Assembly (NCBI GenBank): GCA_030248215.1
Contig: JASANG010002792.1
Span: 434,001 to 498,000 of the forward strand
DNA: 64,000 bases
Source: Enoplolaimus lenunculus
Lineage: Eukaryota
Reading direction: 5' to 3'
Both the position numbers and the translations under genes were made by a program. Below the pieces are notes generated by a model. It was not told the DNA's origin. It did no database searches and saw only the letters and a program-made list of their open reading frames with translations. The number at the start of each line of letters is the position of its first letter. The stretch's first letter is position 1. Positions 35,771 to 49,994 of the stretch are shown piece after piece.

Positions 35771-36473
35771 TCAACAATAAACAACGATCTCATCAACCAC
35801 TATGTATGCCGTGTGGCTATTTAATGGCGACTGTTTCTAAAATACGAATGTCACAATGAAGCATACGCAGCAGAGTTTTTCCGACTTACTATGTACATGA
35901 GTCCGGATAGCAGAGCCTTTCTTTGCTATCGCGACGAGTTTGCAACTCGCCTCGTTGCTGGTTTTCCAAACTCTTAATTCGGCTACTAATACAGATCTTC
36001 TACTAAAATTTAGACATGAAAAGTATGTGTTCAAACGTTGTAGAAGTCTACAAAGTTAAATGAAACCCGGGTATTATCGGGAAATGTTATTGACAACAAC
36101 CAGAAATATGATTTGGTATAGAAAACAAAGCTGATGGGCTTGTTCACAGACTATATATGACCTGCTCATGTAGCGGTTTCTTGCAAGTTTTGGCGAATGG
36201 GTGTCCGTAACTGGCACTTGTGGTGTAGTTGCGAAAATGTTTGTTTAAAAATAGAACCTCGGAACCATTGGAGTATGGTGTCGTTTACATGACTAATTGT
36301 AATTCATTTACCGTCTATAATAGTGCATTGATTTTTTGTTAAGTCTTTGATTACCATTGTGAATTGACACTGTATGCCTCATCTTTGATAGTAAATTGTT
36401 AGTTTTTAAAATAGTTTTGCTATTAAAGCCTACCTTCCCAAAGCTGAGCGATCGGTTCCGCATTGTCGCAACC

Positions 36474-36767
36474 CCCTTCATAGTTGTGATTTCAACAACC
36501 AAGGCTACATGGTACTGTAATAAGTATGGCGTAAACATTGCTAAAATAACTGCTTATGTTAATTGTAGGAATATAGAGGAGACTAGACGGATTAGATCGT
36601 GCGAGCATCGAAAGCAGGCTCCCTTCATAGTTGTGATTTCAACAACCAAGGCTACATGGTACTGTAATAAGTATGGCGTAAACATTGCTAAAATAACTGC
36701 TTATGTTAATTGTAGGAACATAGAGGAGACTAGACGGATTAGATCGTGCGAGCATCGAAAGCAGGCT
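36474..36767. repeat. 147-bp direct tandem duplication
   Basis: 36474-36620 and 36621-36767 are identical apart from one visible substitution (aggaatata versus aggaacata). Confidence 0.9.
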
Positions 36768-37788
36768 AAAGCAGAAAATCGACCTCCGGCTCCGGTACAT
36801 TTTCTCCTGCGCGTTCGGGCACATTCGGTAGTGCAATTTTGTATAGTTTTACAAAATTTATTTAGTGCGTTTCGTTTACTGTTAGTACAATTTGAAGAAG
36901 AAATGAACGATATTTCGTAAAAAACCGTTAAACCCAACCCGAAAAAAAATTTGCCGGGCGCCGGCGCGCGCGCTCTAAAACATTTTTAAAAATTACTTTA
37001 CGCCGGCGACCGGCTCAGTATTATACTATAGCCCAACCCTGTATCAGCGCCTTACAGATATTTTGCTAAGTTTCCGGTAAAAATCGGTGTTCGTTTCGTT
37101 ATCAAAACAATGTAAATTCTGTTGTTTTTACGTTTAGAATTAGTTATGAATCGGGTATTTATATCGCAATTTTTCGTTACAAATATGCTACAGTCATTTT
37201 ATATTATGCATTTGCCGTTTTTCTTTCTTTAAAGTTTTAGAAAGCTTAGTGAATATCGCACGTCTCAATTGTATTGGCAGAAACATGAGAAATAAAAATT
37301 TCTTTATAACTTCGGTATCCGCTTTCTGTTTCCGTTATTTTGAACGCAAAAAGTAGAGTTGGCAGAGTAATGTAAAGTACGTTGTACAGGAACAGTTTAT
37401 AATGTTAGGAGCGTTTGCAGGTAGTTCCAAGTTTAACGTTTTAAGAAGTAAACTGATTTCTGCAGCTGTGGCTGGCAAAATGACTTTCGGAATAAATTTG
37501 TTGCAGAGCTTTTGTATAAACGGCTGATATGACATTTCTTATCGGTTAAGAAAAAATTTGATGCTTTCTTAAATACAGAAAACCGTGTATTCAAAACTTT
37601 GTCTTCCTTGGACGTGTGATAGCAACTGATGTGCACGTCTTAGACGGATCTTGTTCAGTCGTAATCAAAAACTAGTATATAGCCTCTGTAATGAATTCTG
37701 TCGAGTAAATTTTCTTTCGCAAATTTTCATTTTAGCATTGATCAAAACTGAGATCTTTAAATTATTGGCTTATGCTCATCAGGTGTGT

Positions 37789-39966
37789 ATGGAGATTTGG
37801 TGGATCACAATAGCGTATTTCGTAGCTCTTATCAAAACACTTGCTGTATCAATAGAATTGACATTTGAGCTGCCGGATAATGCCAATCAATGCTATTACG
37901 AGGACATTACTGAGAAAACAGATTCTACTGTTGAGTTTCAGGTAGTTCTTCCGTTCGCTAATGTCGTAATGTGCATTAGTTTTTGCTTAATGGGTACAAT
38001 TCGACTTGCTGAAACATCACTTGTCATGTTTTGTGATTGTTTAGTACATGACTTCCAGTGGAAACTGTGACAAAAATAATTATTTCAGGCAAGATGTTTC
38101 TGATTGGTTTAGTATTCCCATACGTGTAAACATTTGTTTTTCGTTACTTGTTTAAGTACATATTTCAAGTTTATTGTAGTCTGTTGGTTCTGTTGTAATA
38201 GCATCTGTAGTAGGCTAAACGCGGACTATTTCTAAGAATATTTGATAATTTTAGGTGGTGACGGGTGGTCAATATGATGTCGACATGTATATAGAAGCTC
38301 CGAATGGTAGAATTCTATATAAAGACATCAAGAAGCAATACGATAGCTTTACTTTTAAAGCCGAGGTGACAGGAGCGTACAAGGTTTGTTTTTAGACTGT
38401 ACCTTGAATTTGAACGTTAATTGAGAGTAAACTCGAGAAATTTGGTATTTATTTTGAATTAATTATGACTTAAAAATGTACTTAAGTTGATAAATGCAAT
38501 GGGTAGGTTCCTTTTTGTTATTTAAAGTTACAAAGTGCGGAAGCGCTGGCATATTGCGTGTATATTTGTGCTATTTTTTAAACCAATAATCCTTCATTGG
38601 CTAAAGTTACGTGCAGCATTATTATCGATGATTCGAACCCTAACTTTTACAGCAATCGTTAGAACCTTTGAAGAGAATTTAGACGTTGTATTCACATTTA
38701 TCGTAACTAAAATCGCGCGACTATGTGCATGCATTCACGTTTGTTTGCTTTGGCCCAATCTAGCGAAGCGAAAATGTTTCTAGGTTTGTTTTTCAAATGA
38801 ATTTTCAACATTCTCGCATAAAATCGTGTATCTTGATTGGCAAATCGGAAACGAACAGCCTATGTTGCCGCAGATGAGCCAACATCTTACAGCTATGACA
38901 GCAGTAAGTTAATAATTAATTTTGAATATTATAGTGCAATGTTATGCTTACTTTTTCACTTGAAATGTTATTCAGTTACGTTTATCAGAATTCTGACCAG
39001 TTACCGGTTTTAGTATGCGAAAACATCAATTTTCAAGATCGCATAGACTTTGTAAGTGTAAGCCTTATGTATTAATGAACTACGTACATTTTTCTATATT
39101 AGGCTGCGCTCAAAATTTAATATATTTCTAGTTCAGGTCGGCACCAGATAAAATGGAAATTTTGTAACGTTGATTCTAGCATACCTATATTTAACCTTAC
39201 ACCAGTCCGCTACGGTTTAATTTATGCTTTATAACGCCAGATTAGAATTTAACATACAGGTTCTTTGCATAAAGACTGTTCGAGTTGTGCTAAATAGAAA
39301 ATGTGTGAAATTAAATCCGCGTATCTAATCCGAAAATTATGAGTACAAATACAATACATGACTTTGTTTTCGATGATTTTCAATTCTTAGCAGTAATGTT
39401 GCAAGTTTTTGTATAGAATACGTCACAATTGGCTGATTAACCAAACGGAATAACTGAAATTTTTCTAAAATTATATACTGCAGTTAGAAAGTTCCGCTCA
39501 AGAAATTCACGAAAAACTGAAAAAGATTGAAGATTATCAAACACATCATCGCCTTAGAGAAGCTACCGGGCGCAAAAGAGCGGAAGACTTAAATGAACGT
39601 GTCCTCTGGTGGTCTGCAAGCTATACAGGGGTCATATTACTGATTGGAATTACACAGGTTCGTTTTGCTTATATATTCTGCTTTCTTTTTCTATCGAAGG
39701 ATATTCTAAAAGAAGTATTACCAGAAACAGTGCCTATAGCACTCAAGTTCACTTAATTTGAGATTGATTTGATTTTTAATACGACGAAAGGAACGGCACC
39801 CTCGTTGAAGAATGTAGTTTTGGTGCAAAATAAGTTAAGTTCTTTAAAGCTTATTGTAAACATCTAATAATGTTATGTTTTCTTTATGTGTTATTGTATT
39901 TTTCAGGTCATTGTTTTGCGATCCTTTTTCACCGAGAAGAGGCCCGCTGGAAGCACGTTTCTGTAG
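37789..39966 (+). CDS. TMED7: p24/emp24 GOLD-domain cargo receptor, gamma subfamily (TMED3/TMED7-like)
   Basis: Exons: 37789-37941 (signal peptide, [16 protein letters not shown]), 38255-38383 ([10 protein letters not shown]), 38784-38903 ([17 protein letters not shown]), 39484-39657 ([26 protein letters not shown]), 39907-39966 (LRSFFTEK). Confidence 0.92.
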
Positions 39967-40883
39967 TCTAATTTATCCATGCCCTGTACATATAATATTA
40001 TGTTACGCGTTGGCTAAGCATCAGTCAGTGCATTCTTAATTAGTGAAACGCGCATCGCAGTTCTGTCCGGCTCTAAATGATGCCAATTGTGTGTAGTTCC
40101 TAATTTAGCTCGTGATATTCAGCGCACGTTTTGCATTGTTGCTGTTGAAACTATTAACATCATTTCGGAATGGTTAACTTTTTAGTTTTGGTTCGGTTTA
40201 CTAAATACGAAAAGCTTTAACACAGTGCGGATTTCGTGCAACGTGATGGCATGATTTTCAGGTTTTAATTTTAGTCAATGTTGAGTTAAACTCGTCATAC
40301 ATTTTCAATGATTTGTGTGCGTTTTAAATCAACGTGTAGAAAAGCTCTAAAAATGTTGCTATTTTGCCACTGAATAAATAGTCGCATTTATTAGTCAAAA
40401 TTTGCATTACCGTAGTGACAAATTGTTTTATTTCCAAGTATTTCATTCTCTATTTGTTTGATGATAGCTGTTTACTTGGTTTTGTATCTGCAAGTAGTAA
40501 TATTCACAGTTCATCAAACATTAGGTTCATTCTTCATTGAATGAAGAAGCTCGGAGTCTTGTGAACCGTTTTATATTTTGTGCTGGTGGGTCGAAAGGTG
40601 GATGTCTGTCCGCCCGTATTCTGGAGTATTAACCTCGCGTTTGGGTTGTAAAATTTATGGCCTAATTTACGTGATTGGTTAAGCGTAAAATAGGGCTTTT
40701 TACATTATTTCACTAATTACAAGCGATTTGATTTCAGTTTTAAAGCGTTTTGGGTGTGAATAATCGGAATAAATTGTTCATAAACCTCCAATGCAGACAA
40801 ATGAATAGGTAGCTACTAAATAGTTAGCATTTTAGCTATGTCAACTCACAACTGTGGCATCTGTGTTGGGTAATTATCATTTT

Positions 40884-41252
40884 GAGTCCAGTTCACACTG
40901 GCAAGTATTTGCAGCAAAAACTTGCACGTACACTTGCATGCGCAAGTTTGGTCACAAAGCAGCTTTCAAGTTCTTGCACTGTATTTTAATTGGTGGATCG
41001 AAAAGAATTAATTCATTGGTATAAATGACCTTGCAAGTGGGATTAATTCATCATCATTGGCTGAACAGATAATTTATAGCATCTGCTTGATATTTATTGT
41101 AGTCGTTATGAAAATTATTCATTTAAATTCATGTCCAAGATTCAGAAAGAAAGTGATGTTACCTTGCAAATACTTGCAGCTGCAAGTACGTATTTCGTGC
41201 AAGCTGCAGCTGCGAGTTCTTGATGCAAAATCTTGCACTTGTGAATAGGGCT
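40884..41252. mobile_element. MITE with imperfect TIRs (PIF/Harbinger-like inferred)
   Basis: agtccagttcacactggcaag versus cttgcacttgtgaatagggct, with repeated ttgca motifs. A related end fragment lies at ~13520-13605. Confidence 0.5.
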
Positions 41253-43236
41253 TTAAGCATTTTTGTGGCGTTAGCTTTAGAATTTTCGGGCATGAGAAAT
41301 TTAACTATAGCATTTAGAAATAGGAACACTTAGATCTTAAAATTACTTAGCTGCACGCTAATTAGCATATTTCCTATTCTATGTATATTTCCGTTCAGTA
41401 CATGTAGTCTCGCTGCTACTGGTATGTATTCGGATACGGGGTTGCTGCAGCTGCCTCGTACACTGTGTTGTGTGTAGAAGCATGTTGCTTGTGTACATGC
41501 CAATGTTTATTTTTTGGCCAATTAAAGTGTCATAGCGCCTAGCTTATCAATTGGTATCTAAACTTTTTTTGTTAATTCCCATACTGGAGACTAAATTTTT
41601 TTTGCGTCATTTTACTGAAAATTATTTCAGAAGTCAGTTAAGCGTATCAAAATAGAGTACATTTTTCACTTTAACTCTACATCAACTCAAAATTGTTTGA
41701 ATTTGATATAAGTGATGAGTTTTTGAGAAACGTGATATTTCTGTTTGGCATGTAAATTTTTGAATTATTACCTGAAAATTTAGGTTAGTCGTCGGCGCCT
41801 AACACCCTGGTATATGTTAATGTTTTAAAGGTCGGTGGATCACATAGTATCTTGGGGATCTAACAATGTTCCTGATGTAAGTGTTAGAAATGTGCGCAAT
41901 TTTTTCCAATATACCTTTCGTATTGTTTATTGGTTCTGTATTATTTGTGAGCCGTGAGTTTTGAAAAATAACATGTGAAGCCGCTCTCAACTATTATTCT
42001 TTAGCAGCTATTACCTGGTCTTTTTTCGCTGTATAATATAATAATTAACATCCCTGTCTGAAAAGTATATATCACGAACCGATTTGTTTGCTACAGCCAG
42101 TCTCGTGTATTTTATGAGAATCGGTGTCCATTTTTTTCTTTTTCCTGTTGTCTAGCTAAACAAACGGAAACAAAAATGTTAATTGTTGTTCAAACCTAAA
42201 GTTTAAGTGCCAGCGGCCGTGATTTTGTTTGTTATTTATGTTATGAGCCCTGTTTTTAATGGTAAAAGCCGACAGGTTGCGCATGTTATTTTCGTTTTAG
42301 TTTAACTAATAAGGCCGATGAATTTTCGTATTACTACTTATCGGTCAGCGAGTTAATGGGCGACGATGAAATATTAATTGCAGGTATAATCGGAATTTAA
42401 TTCTTCATCGTTTCTAACCGGTATTATTGCAAATATATATGCGAGAAAATTCCCTGCAGTCCTGTGAAGTTTCAAAACGACCCTTGCTCTACTGTTACGG
42501 TCCGGTTCTATATATTGGACTCTTGTTTTTAAGACATTCCGACAATTATATGTATCGACGATTTAACCAGAACTTAAACCGAACTCACTGACCGCCTTGA
42601 TTTTTGCTAACAGTGGACGATTTCGTTGTCGAAATTAACGGTGCCTCTGGCAAGAATTCTACCTGAGCCGGAAGCAGACCTCCATTTGTACCGCACTACG
42701 GTAGGTAAAACTTTCCTGTTGTGGTCTGATTTCAAGATTATTCAGTTCCGCTTTGCACCTTGATTAAGTTTAACAGGCAACCGTAGTCCGGAAGTTTGTA
42801 TTTGATGGCTTTAAAACGTACTCATACTGTGGTTAGCAAATTGTCAATGTGTAGCATTACTCATTGCATCCATCTTTTATTTTTGTTTTTATTGTTTTGT
42901 TTCATTCATTCTTTGTGATCCGATTTTTGATGAAAAGAAGTGATTAAGTGTTATTTAATCAGAGTGAAATATGGTGTATTTGAAACACCGATTTTTGATT
43001 TCGGGCGTTACGTTTGCATTGTCTCAAGTCTCTAAAGTATTTGGTTTTCAGGTGCAATCCAGCGCTTTTCAGCCGTTATTTTAACAATCGTTTTCAGCTA
43101 AACTATCCGAATTGCGTTTTCAACAGTTATGTTATACTATTAGCTGGTAAATTTTGATTCATCACTTGAAAAAACAAACTGATTGTCAACTATGTTTAAA
43201 TTAAAAGCCAAGATTTAGCTGTGATTTATTAGTGGT

Positions 43237-46200
43237 TTATTTGTCTTCATCAGACGAGGATGAGGTTTCAATATCGCACGAGTCATTGAGTTCTTTAACT
43301 GTTAGAAAATATTTTCCTGTCAACGCTCTTTCAAATCTTTGTATCGTGCATTGACTAGTGGGACAGCGCGGCAGTGAAAGCCGGTACAGAAAAGCTGTCG
43401 GAGATGACGTTTCGTTGCGGTAGAATATTTCTACCTGAAATTAAAACTTGCAATGTAATCTCAGTTAGTCGCGGTAAAATATCCTTTTATAAACAAAGAA
43501 ACTATACATACGGCGCTAAACGTAACAGACACGATTATGCAATTCATTTCTTAATATACCAGTTTAATCTCACCAAATCTTAGAGCATACTATACTGCAG
43601 ACAGCATTTAATTTTCAAAATCTGTTCGTCAAGCAGCCTGTTTTTGCAGCCGCTAACACATTCCAGTTTTGTTATAAAATACGATCCCTTAGAAACTTTG
43701 AAATTCACATTTCTCATACTGTCAAAAGATATTTTAATAGCTTTCTTTACGATTTACGAACTCACAAAATGATGGCCAGATTTTCGATCGTGATGAAGTT
43801 CGAAAATGAGAGCGGTGGCATAAGGTGGTGCAATACCGTTATACAAATCGAGGTTTTGCAACAGTGGAATAACAGTTCCCATATGCTGTAAAGTACATAA
43901 ATATATATATATATTATAAATATGTGTATATATATATCAAATTTCATCGTATCCGCAGTAAGCTGTGAGTAGCATACAGGAAAACATTTCCCAAAGTATT
44001 CACATTTTGAACGTAAGGGACGTCGTCTGCTTCTGAAAGGAGTCCGCCTACATTGACACGGAGTAGGTACAAAAAATACCATTAGTTGACAGACCATTTG
44101 TCTAGCAGTCTTCCGGTCTTGTCACCCAGAAAAAGTGGTACGTCCATTGCCGAACCGGCCGGAGCGCCGACGATGGCCTTCTGAACGTTTATTTAGAAGG
44201 CGACGCCGAGAATAGTTCGTGTTCTGATTTTCACTAACCGAACTATAAATTCGAAGCTTTTCATTCATATTTTTTGCAGCTTTGCTTTTCAGTCGTGTTA
44301 ATATATCCCCAGTTAGTAGCCCTGAAACAGATAAATGAGAGCGAGATGCAAATGGAATGAAATGAAGCATTTTCTGCGACGCAAATACATTCTGGGTTTA
44401 CGCTGTGCCACTGACTAGCAATTTTCGGTACACACAATCACAGATCGACTGCAAAGAAGCGAATGTCGCGTGCTGTGCTACTGTAAAATAACTTTCAATT
44501 TCTGTTCAAAACGATAAATTGAATTGAAGACAACTGTAAATGCGATAACGATAGTAGCGGTATAAAACGTTTTAGAGAATGAGCGTTGCTTTGATTTCTG
44601 CATTTTACAATTCAAACGAATTCATTTTAAATGCGTCGATCTTAAGGCAATTGGGTGCCATCGAGCAAAGTTTGAATGCAGCGAATGAATCAATAGGAAA
44701 GCGAACTTGGCGTCCTTCGTATTTACAGGTCTTCGTGTTTTAGACAACTGTTTAGTTCTCAAACTGAAGCATAGTACTCAATATATACCATCTTCAGCGT
44801 TGTAATTTTTGTAGAAGCACAAGCGTGACCAAAGAAATTTTGGCTTACAATATCAGTGTAAAAGTTATAATTTTTGTTAAATTAAACAAACCTCCAGCCA
44901 ATTTGTGTTCAATTTCATCGTCAAACTTAAATCGATAATTCAGCTGGTACACTTTTGAAATTGCATCATACGTTGCGTTATTAAACCATGAAGGCAAACG
45001 TGCCCGCTTCCACAACTAAAGCCGATACAGCAATGATATATTAACCCGTGGTAACCAAAAATGTTACCGCTTGCTGTATAGATCGGTTCCGAATTTGAAA
45101 ATATCCGGAAAAGCATACGTAAAGATAAAATATTCTATAACTTAATTGCCCATATTTAATAAAATTTAGTTAATTTAATTTGCAAGATTCGTAAACTGTA
45201 CGTTTGCATGTCGGCAAGTTGTGTTAGAAAAACTTTTCAGGCAAAAATTAGAAATTACACAATAATGGCCATGTTTTAGAAAAAATGTATTAAACTGAGC
45301 TGCAAGGTGTGTGCAAACGCTCAACAAATTTTAAATATCTTATAAATTGTCTCTGCAAGCAGCTAAATCTAGAGAACGTTGTGCACGTTTTCAAATCTAA
45401 CATACTTGCTTCAAAGCTTTAAAGTGGCAAATAATTGACCATATTATATACTTAAATCTTAACCATATTCCATTGCTGCGAGCAGAATATTTTATTGTGT
45501 AGTGCAAGGGGCATACAATATGATGTTAAGAAACATTATATACTCATTAAACTACACTTATAACAAAATTGCTGAAGAAACCCAGGATTGTGCGGCTGCA
45601 ATCCCTACAGGCGCTCATGAACAATGGATTGTTAATTACAGTAACACTTTACCATGGCTAAAATTGGTGCGTAAAGCTTTTTGATTTTTGAAAGTTGCTT
45701 ATATTTTGGCGAAATTTTTGAAAACATTCGAATTATGCGCTGATATTCTGGTCGTTTTTCGAGTTGTCGCCACATTGGATCATCGTGCGCTTTACGCCAT
45801 TTATCAATCGGTTTGCAATCGTATTCGCTTGGTTTAAGAAGCTTAATAGATAATAGGTGATTAGTATTAGGTTTGCTAATTCAATGTACCTAATATCACT
45901 GTGTGCAAGAGCTGTGTATTGTGATTGCAGAATGTAATTTCAAAGTTTAGTCCTTTTAATATTAATTATACAGCTGCTGCCAATTTATCATATTTTATCA
46001 AAGTCCCAACATTTCTTGTCTGTATTATTAAAGAAAATTAAAAAATTACCTATAATGCCAGTATATCTGCGAGTTTGCACGAAATTCATTGCGCAAACTA
46101 CAAAGCATAAACTTAAAACTATGAGTTTAAAAGATATAACTCGTGTGGAATAAGAAAGAAGCGAACTTATTAAAAAACAGTACCGGATCTTTGGTCAATT

Positions 46201-48700
46201 CAACCGTATGAACAGGAACTGGTTGCCAGAGCAGATTTGGATTCCAGATTTCAAAACCTTTAGGCGGAAACAGTCCAGCGAGAACAGCAAGAGCACTCGA
46301 TATTGTCCTGTCAGTGTCGGTTGATCTTACGTAGACCTAAAAAAATTGGTGCCAATGTTATTTTAGGGCCGTAACAGTAGGTTAAGCGCGTTCCTAAGCC
46401 TAAGCCTAAGCATAAGCGTTGCGGAAGCGTTTTCCTAAGCCAAAGCCTAAGTAAACGATGTAGTCTAAAATGTAAGCCTACTCTTTTACAGACCCAGCAG
46501 AAACTGGGACGGCCGTAAAAGTAACAAGGGTCAAAATTGTTATGCTTCAAAACACTAGAAATAAGTTTTTTAATTAATATACCTTCTTCAGGTGCCTATT
46601 ATTCTTGCGTATATGTAACAACGCGGAAAGCAACGAAATTAGGTTTGTGAATTACTAAATATTTCTAAAACAATCGCTGTGTTATTGGTTTATGTATATT
46701 TCGCCATTTATTTACTGGTTTGCCAATAGCACTTGACCGCTACTGCAACTTTGGTTTCTACTTGGTAACGGCCAAGATAGTTAGAGCTTTAGCTCCAAGG
46801 TTTCTAATGCCTGAAGAAGTAAGTTTCATCGCATCACTTACAACACATATTGGTGGCCAATGAATTAGGTGTATATATTTGACAACAGTGCGGTCAATAG
46901 ATGAAAAATTCTACTTTGGTATGCGAACTTTTTAAATTCCGCGCGAAATTCGAAACGTGAGGGTATATATTTCAAATTTCGACGGAAAATTCGAATTTCA
47001 TCTGCAATTTTCCATTTTTGTCGGCAATATTAAAGGTTTGGCAGATTTTGACGGAAAAATTTATATTTTGTCGGGATTCACATTTTGGCTGAAAATTTTC
47101 AAATTTTGGCGAGAAAATAAAAATTTTGGCTAAAAATCTCAAGTATTGGGGGCAATTAAAATTATAAATTTTTAAAGACAACTATTTGTATATAAAATAT
47201 CTCACAACTGTTCTATAGTTAACAGCGGTATTTCCTGTAAACAGCAAGGGTATAAAATGTCCGCTATAGCGTTACCGAAAACACTGTATAATCCGGGTAG
47301 CTACCTATATTGTTGGTTGTTGCATGTGTGAAGCACACGAGAAGTAAGGTAAGTTTTTGTGTGATACAACGTAAGCATAACGGCGTTAGAGGCGTGACTA
47401 GCCTTTATATGTAGACATGACGGTAATATCAGACACAGTTTTAAATGTTGAAAGTAGCAAACTAACCTCTTTGTAATCGTAATGGTTTTTCAGTAGGTTC
47501 TTGTATCGTTCGTGAAGGAATTGACCCAAAAAATAACATTGTTGTGTACCTTTCTGAATTTACCAACACATACATTGTAGCAAATTTCCATTTTCAAATA
47601 AAATAAATTTGAAGGAAAATGCTAATAAAACTGTTCCGCCCCTGTTCTTTACATTGGCCGACGCATGGATCGTATTATAATACATTTGACCATTATGGGC
47701 TATATTTCTTCGGTGTCTCAGTGGTAAAATGACATGCGACTGTTTTACACTTTGTAACACATTAAATGTTAAGGGTTAATACACTGCAAAACACGGTGAG
47801 TCAAATTGACTCTCTTCCAAATAGGTTCTACGGGACTACACCAACTGAGTCAAATTCGACTCCATTAGAATCTGACTCTGGCGGAGTAGAATTTGACTGA
47901 GTTTGCGTAGTCCCGAAAAGCCTATTTCCAAGAGTGTCAATTTGACTCACCATTTTTTGCAGTGTAGTCTTATGTTTATGCACAGGGCAGAGGATTAGTA
48001 TTAGGTAGAAGCTTTATGCAAAGTAGAGCCTTTTCTAAATCCTAAGCTTAAAATTAAAACCTGAGCCTGATATTATTAAGCTTGCGGCAGGAAGTGTATC
48101 AGAGCCTACCTGAGTCAACTCTTCACCTCCAATATTCCAATCGCCTGCCGGAATCCCTGGCGGTAGGTCGTCGTTGTTGTCTGGATACCGGTGACCATGT
48201 CGAAATAGCTGAAGTTTATGTTTTTCACATTTTAAAAATTTAAACAAAACAAAAGATAAACAACGAACTTAGATTAATAATCCAGAAATATTAATGAAAA
48301 GCAGTGTACGGTTGTAGGCAAAATTCCGAATTTGACTAGTTTTATACCAGGAACATTGTCTATGAAAACATTTCTACATGGTTTGAGTACCAATTGAACC
48401 ATATGAACCAGTAAAAAAACTGGCAACGCAGTATTAACAAAATTTTCAAAATCAATTACAGAGTATATACTTGCAAAAAATTTCAAGGCGAAGGGCAAAT
48501 ACGTAATTTCAAAAGAAAAGCTAATGAATTATAATTTAATTCTAAACGCCAATAAACCTTACCACTAAAGAATACACTAATTTACGACCTTCCAAAATGT
48601 CAGATCGCGGTCCAAACAATGATGTTGCAGCTATCTGTGAGGTGTATGGCAAAATGATTGACATTGGTAATAAAATCCAGTATGCTAACGAATAAATCAT
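43237..48700 (-). CDS. Histidine acid phosphatase (clade 2, PAP/ACP2/pho-type), predicted secreted
   Basis: Exons: 48700-48563 (hydrophobic leader), 48208-48110 (LFRHGHRYP), 47553-47467, 46336-46184 ([23 protein letters not shown]), 45841-45653, 45015-44892 (LPSW), 44321-44239 (KLRIYSS), 43885-43766 ([16 protein letters not shown]), 43434-43237 (VEIFYRNET..stop). Confidence 0.9.
46349..46532. mobile_element. MITE family C copy (reverse orientation) abutting a phosphatase splice acceptor
   Basis: gccaatgttattttagggccgt ... acggccgtaaaagtaacaaggg with internal (gcctaa)n. aaaattg occurs on both flanks. Confidence 0.65.
47782..47964. mobile_element. MITE family A copy
   Basis: ta|cactgcaaaacacggtgagtcaaattgactc ... 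caatttgactcaccattttttgcagtg|ta. Confidence 0.85.
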
Positions 48701-48753
48701 GGTATTTTTTTGATTAGAATGAGCTTAAAATTTAGCAAAATAGAAACATCATT

Positions 48754-48953
48754 ACTGCGAAAAATGGTGAGATGACTCTCTCCGAAATAGGGTCTACGGG
48801 ACGACACAAACTGAGTGAAATTCGATCACGCCAGAGTCCAATTTGACACACTGAGTCGCACGTTTGACTGTGGCGGTGAATTTGACTCAGTATGTGTAGT
48901 CTAGTTGAGCCTATTCCGGACAAAGTCACTTTGACTCACCATTTTTTGCAGCG
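48754..48953. mobile_element. MITE family A copy ~50 bp upstream of the phosphatase ATG
   Basis: actgcgaaaaatggtgag ... ttgactcaccattttttgcagcg. Confidence 0.75.
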
Positions 48954-49740
48954 TGCGAGAGCATATTAACCAATCCAAAGATAAAAGTGGGACCCCATGA
49001 AGCGGAGTGATGTGGTGCGGATTTGGACAACCCGTGAAGCAGTTCCCTGTGTGGCATATGGGCGGGCTAAAATACTGCAAATCCGAAAGTAGAATTATGC
49101 TCGACTTCGAAATTTTTAGCTTAGAGATATATAAGCTAAAAAAATGTTTAGACAGGCTAAGTATCTAAACGTTTCATCGTTCATCGAAATTTTCTTGTCT
49201 GCCGCTTGCTAAAATTGTTCTCTAATACGAATAAAAGTGCGTGGAAAGATAGATTAAATATTTTGAAAATATTGAGAATCAACATATAAGCGTTTCAGAA
49301 ATCCCGTTAATTTTTTTGGTTAATATTAAGCTGCTATTTTTATTGTTTAGGAGTGTTTACTGTGTTAGTCATACTTTATTTTTCCAGTCAACAAACGAAC
49401 GCAAACATAAAGATTTAGTACGACTCATCTGATTAAAATAAAATATATACTGCTAAAATTGCATAACATTGACCTAAACTGCTTTGTTTGACTTTTAGAG
49501 AACTTAACTCAATATCAAAGCTGGTGCGCTTTCTATCTGTTCTGTAGTACTTGAACCATATCCGCATATGGTAAACGCTAAAGCAAATTAGCTATTGTCG
49601 ACTCTTACGCGTTTCTCCTATATTTAAGGTTTAAGTACTAGGGTTAAGTGAAGGTTTTGGCAAAGGATTATGCTTAGGCTTGGAAAAGCATTTTTCTAAA
49701 CCTGTATAAACCAAGGCTTAGTCCTGAGCCTGAATTAATG

Positions 49741-49994
49741 CACTGTAAATTCCCGTGAGTTGATTTTAACTCAGAATGAGTTGAATCGCTCTGTCTGAGT
49801 TAGGACTGTCAGAACTCATAATTACGAGTTGATTCAACTCATTCTGATTTAATTAGTCAACTCTCCCGAACTAAACTCAAATCATAGTGAGAATCAACTG
49901 AACTCAGAGTGAGTTTAAGTATATTGTTATTAACTCAGGAATAAAATTAACTTGGCGTCTGAGTTGACTAATTAACTCATTGCCATTTACAGTG
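49741..49994. mobile_element. MITE related to family A (CACTGTAAAT..ATTTACAGTG; GAGTT/AACTC units)
   Basis: 10-bp perfect terminal IR plus repeated gagttga..aactc sub-palindromes. Confidence 0.7.

Noticed and set aside
36396..36920. 174-aa ORF with an internal repeat
   Set aside because: It has a TTG start and arises from the 147-bp tandem duplication, with no recognisable domain.
42614..43170. Exon-like segments on the + strand (acceptor ~42613, donor ~42701, acceptor ~43031)
   Set aside because: I could not assemble a convincing reading frame or recognise a product. It needs RNA-seq.
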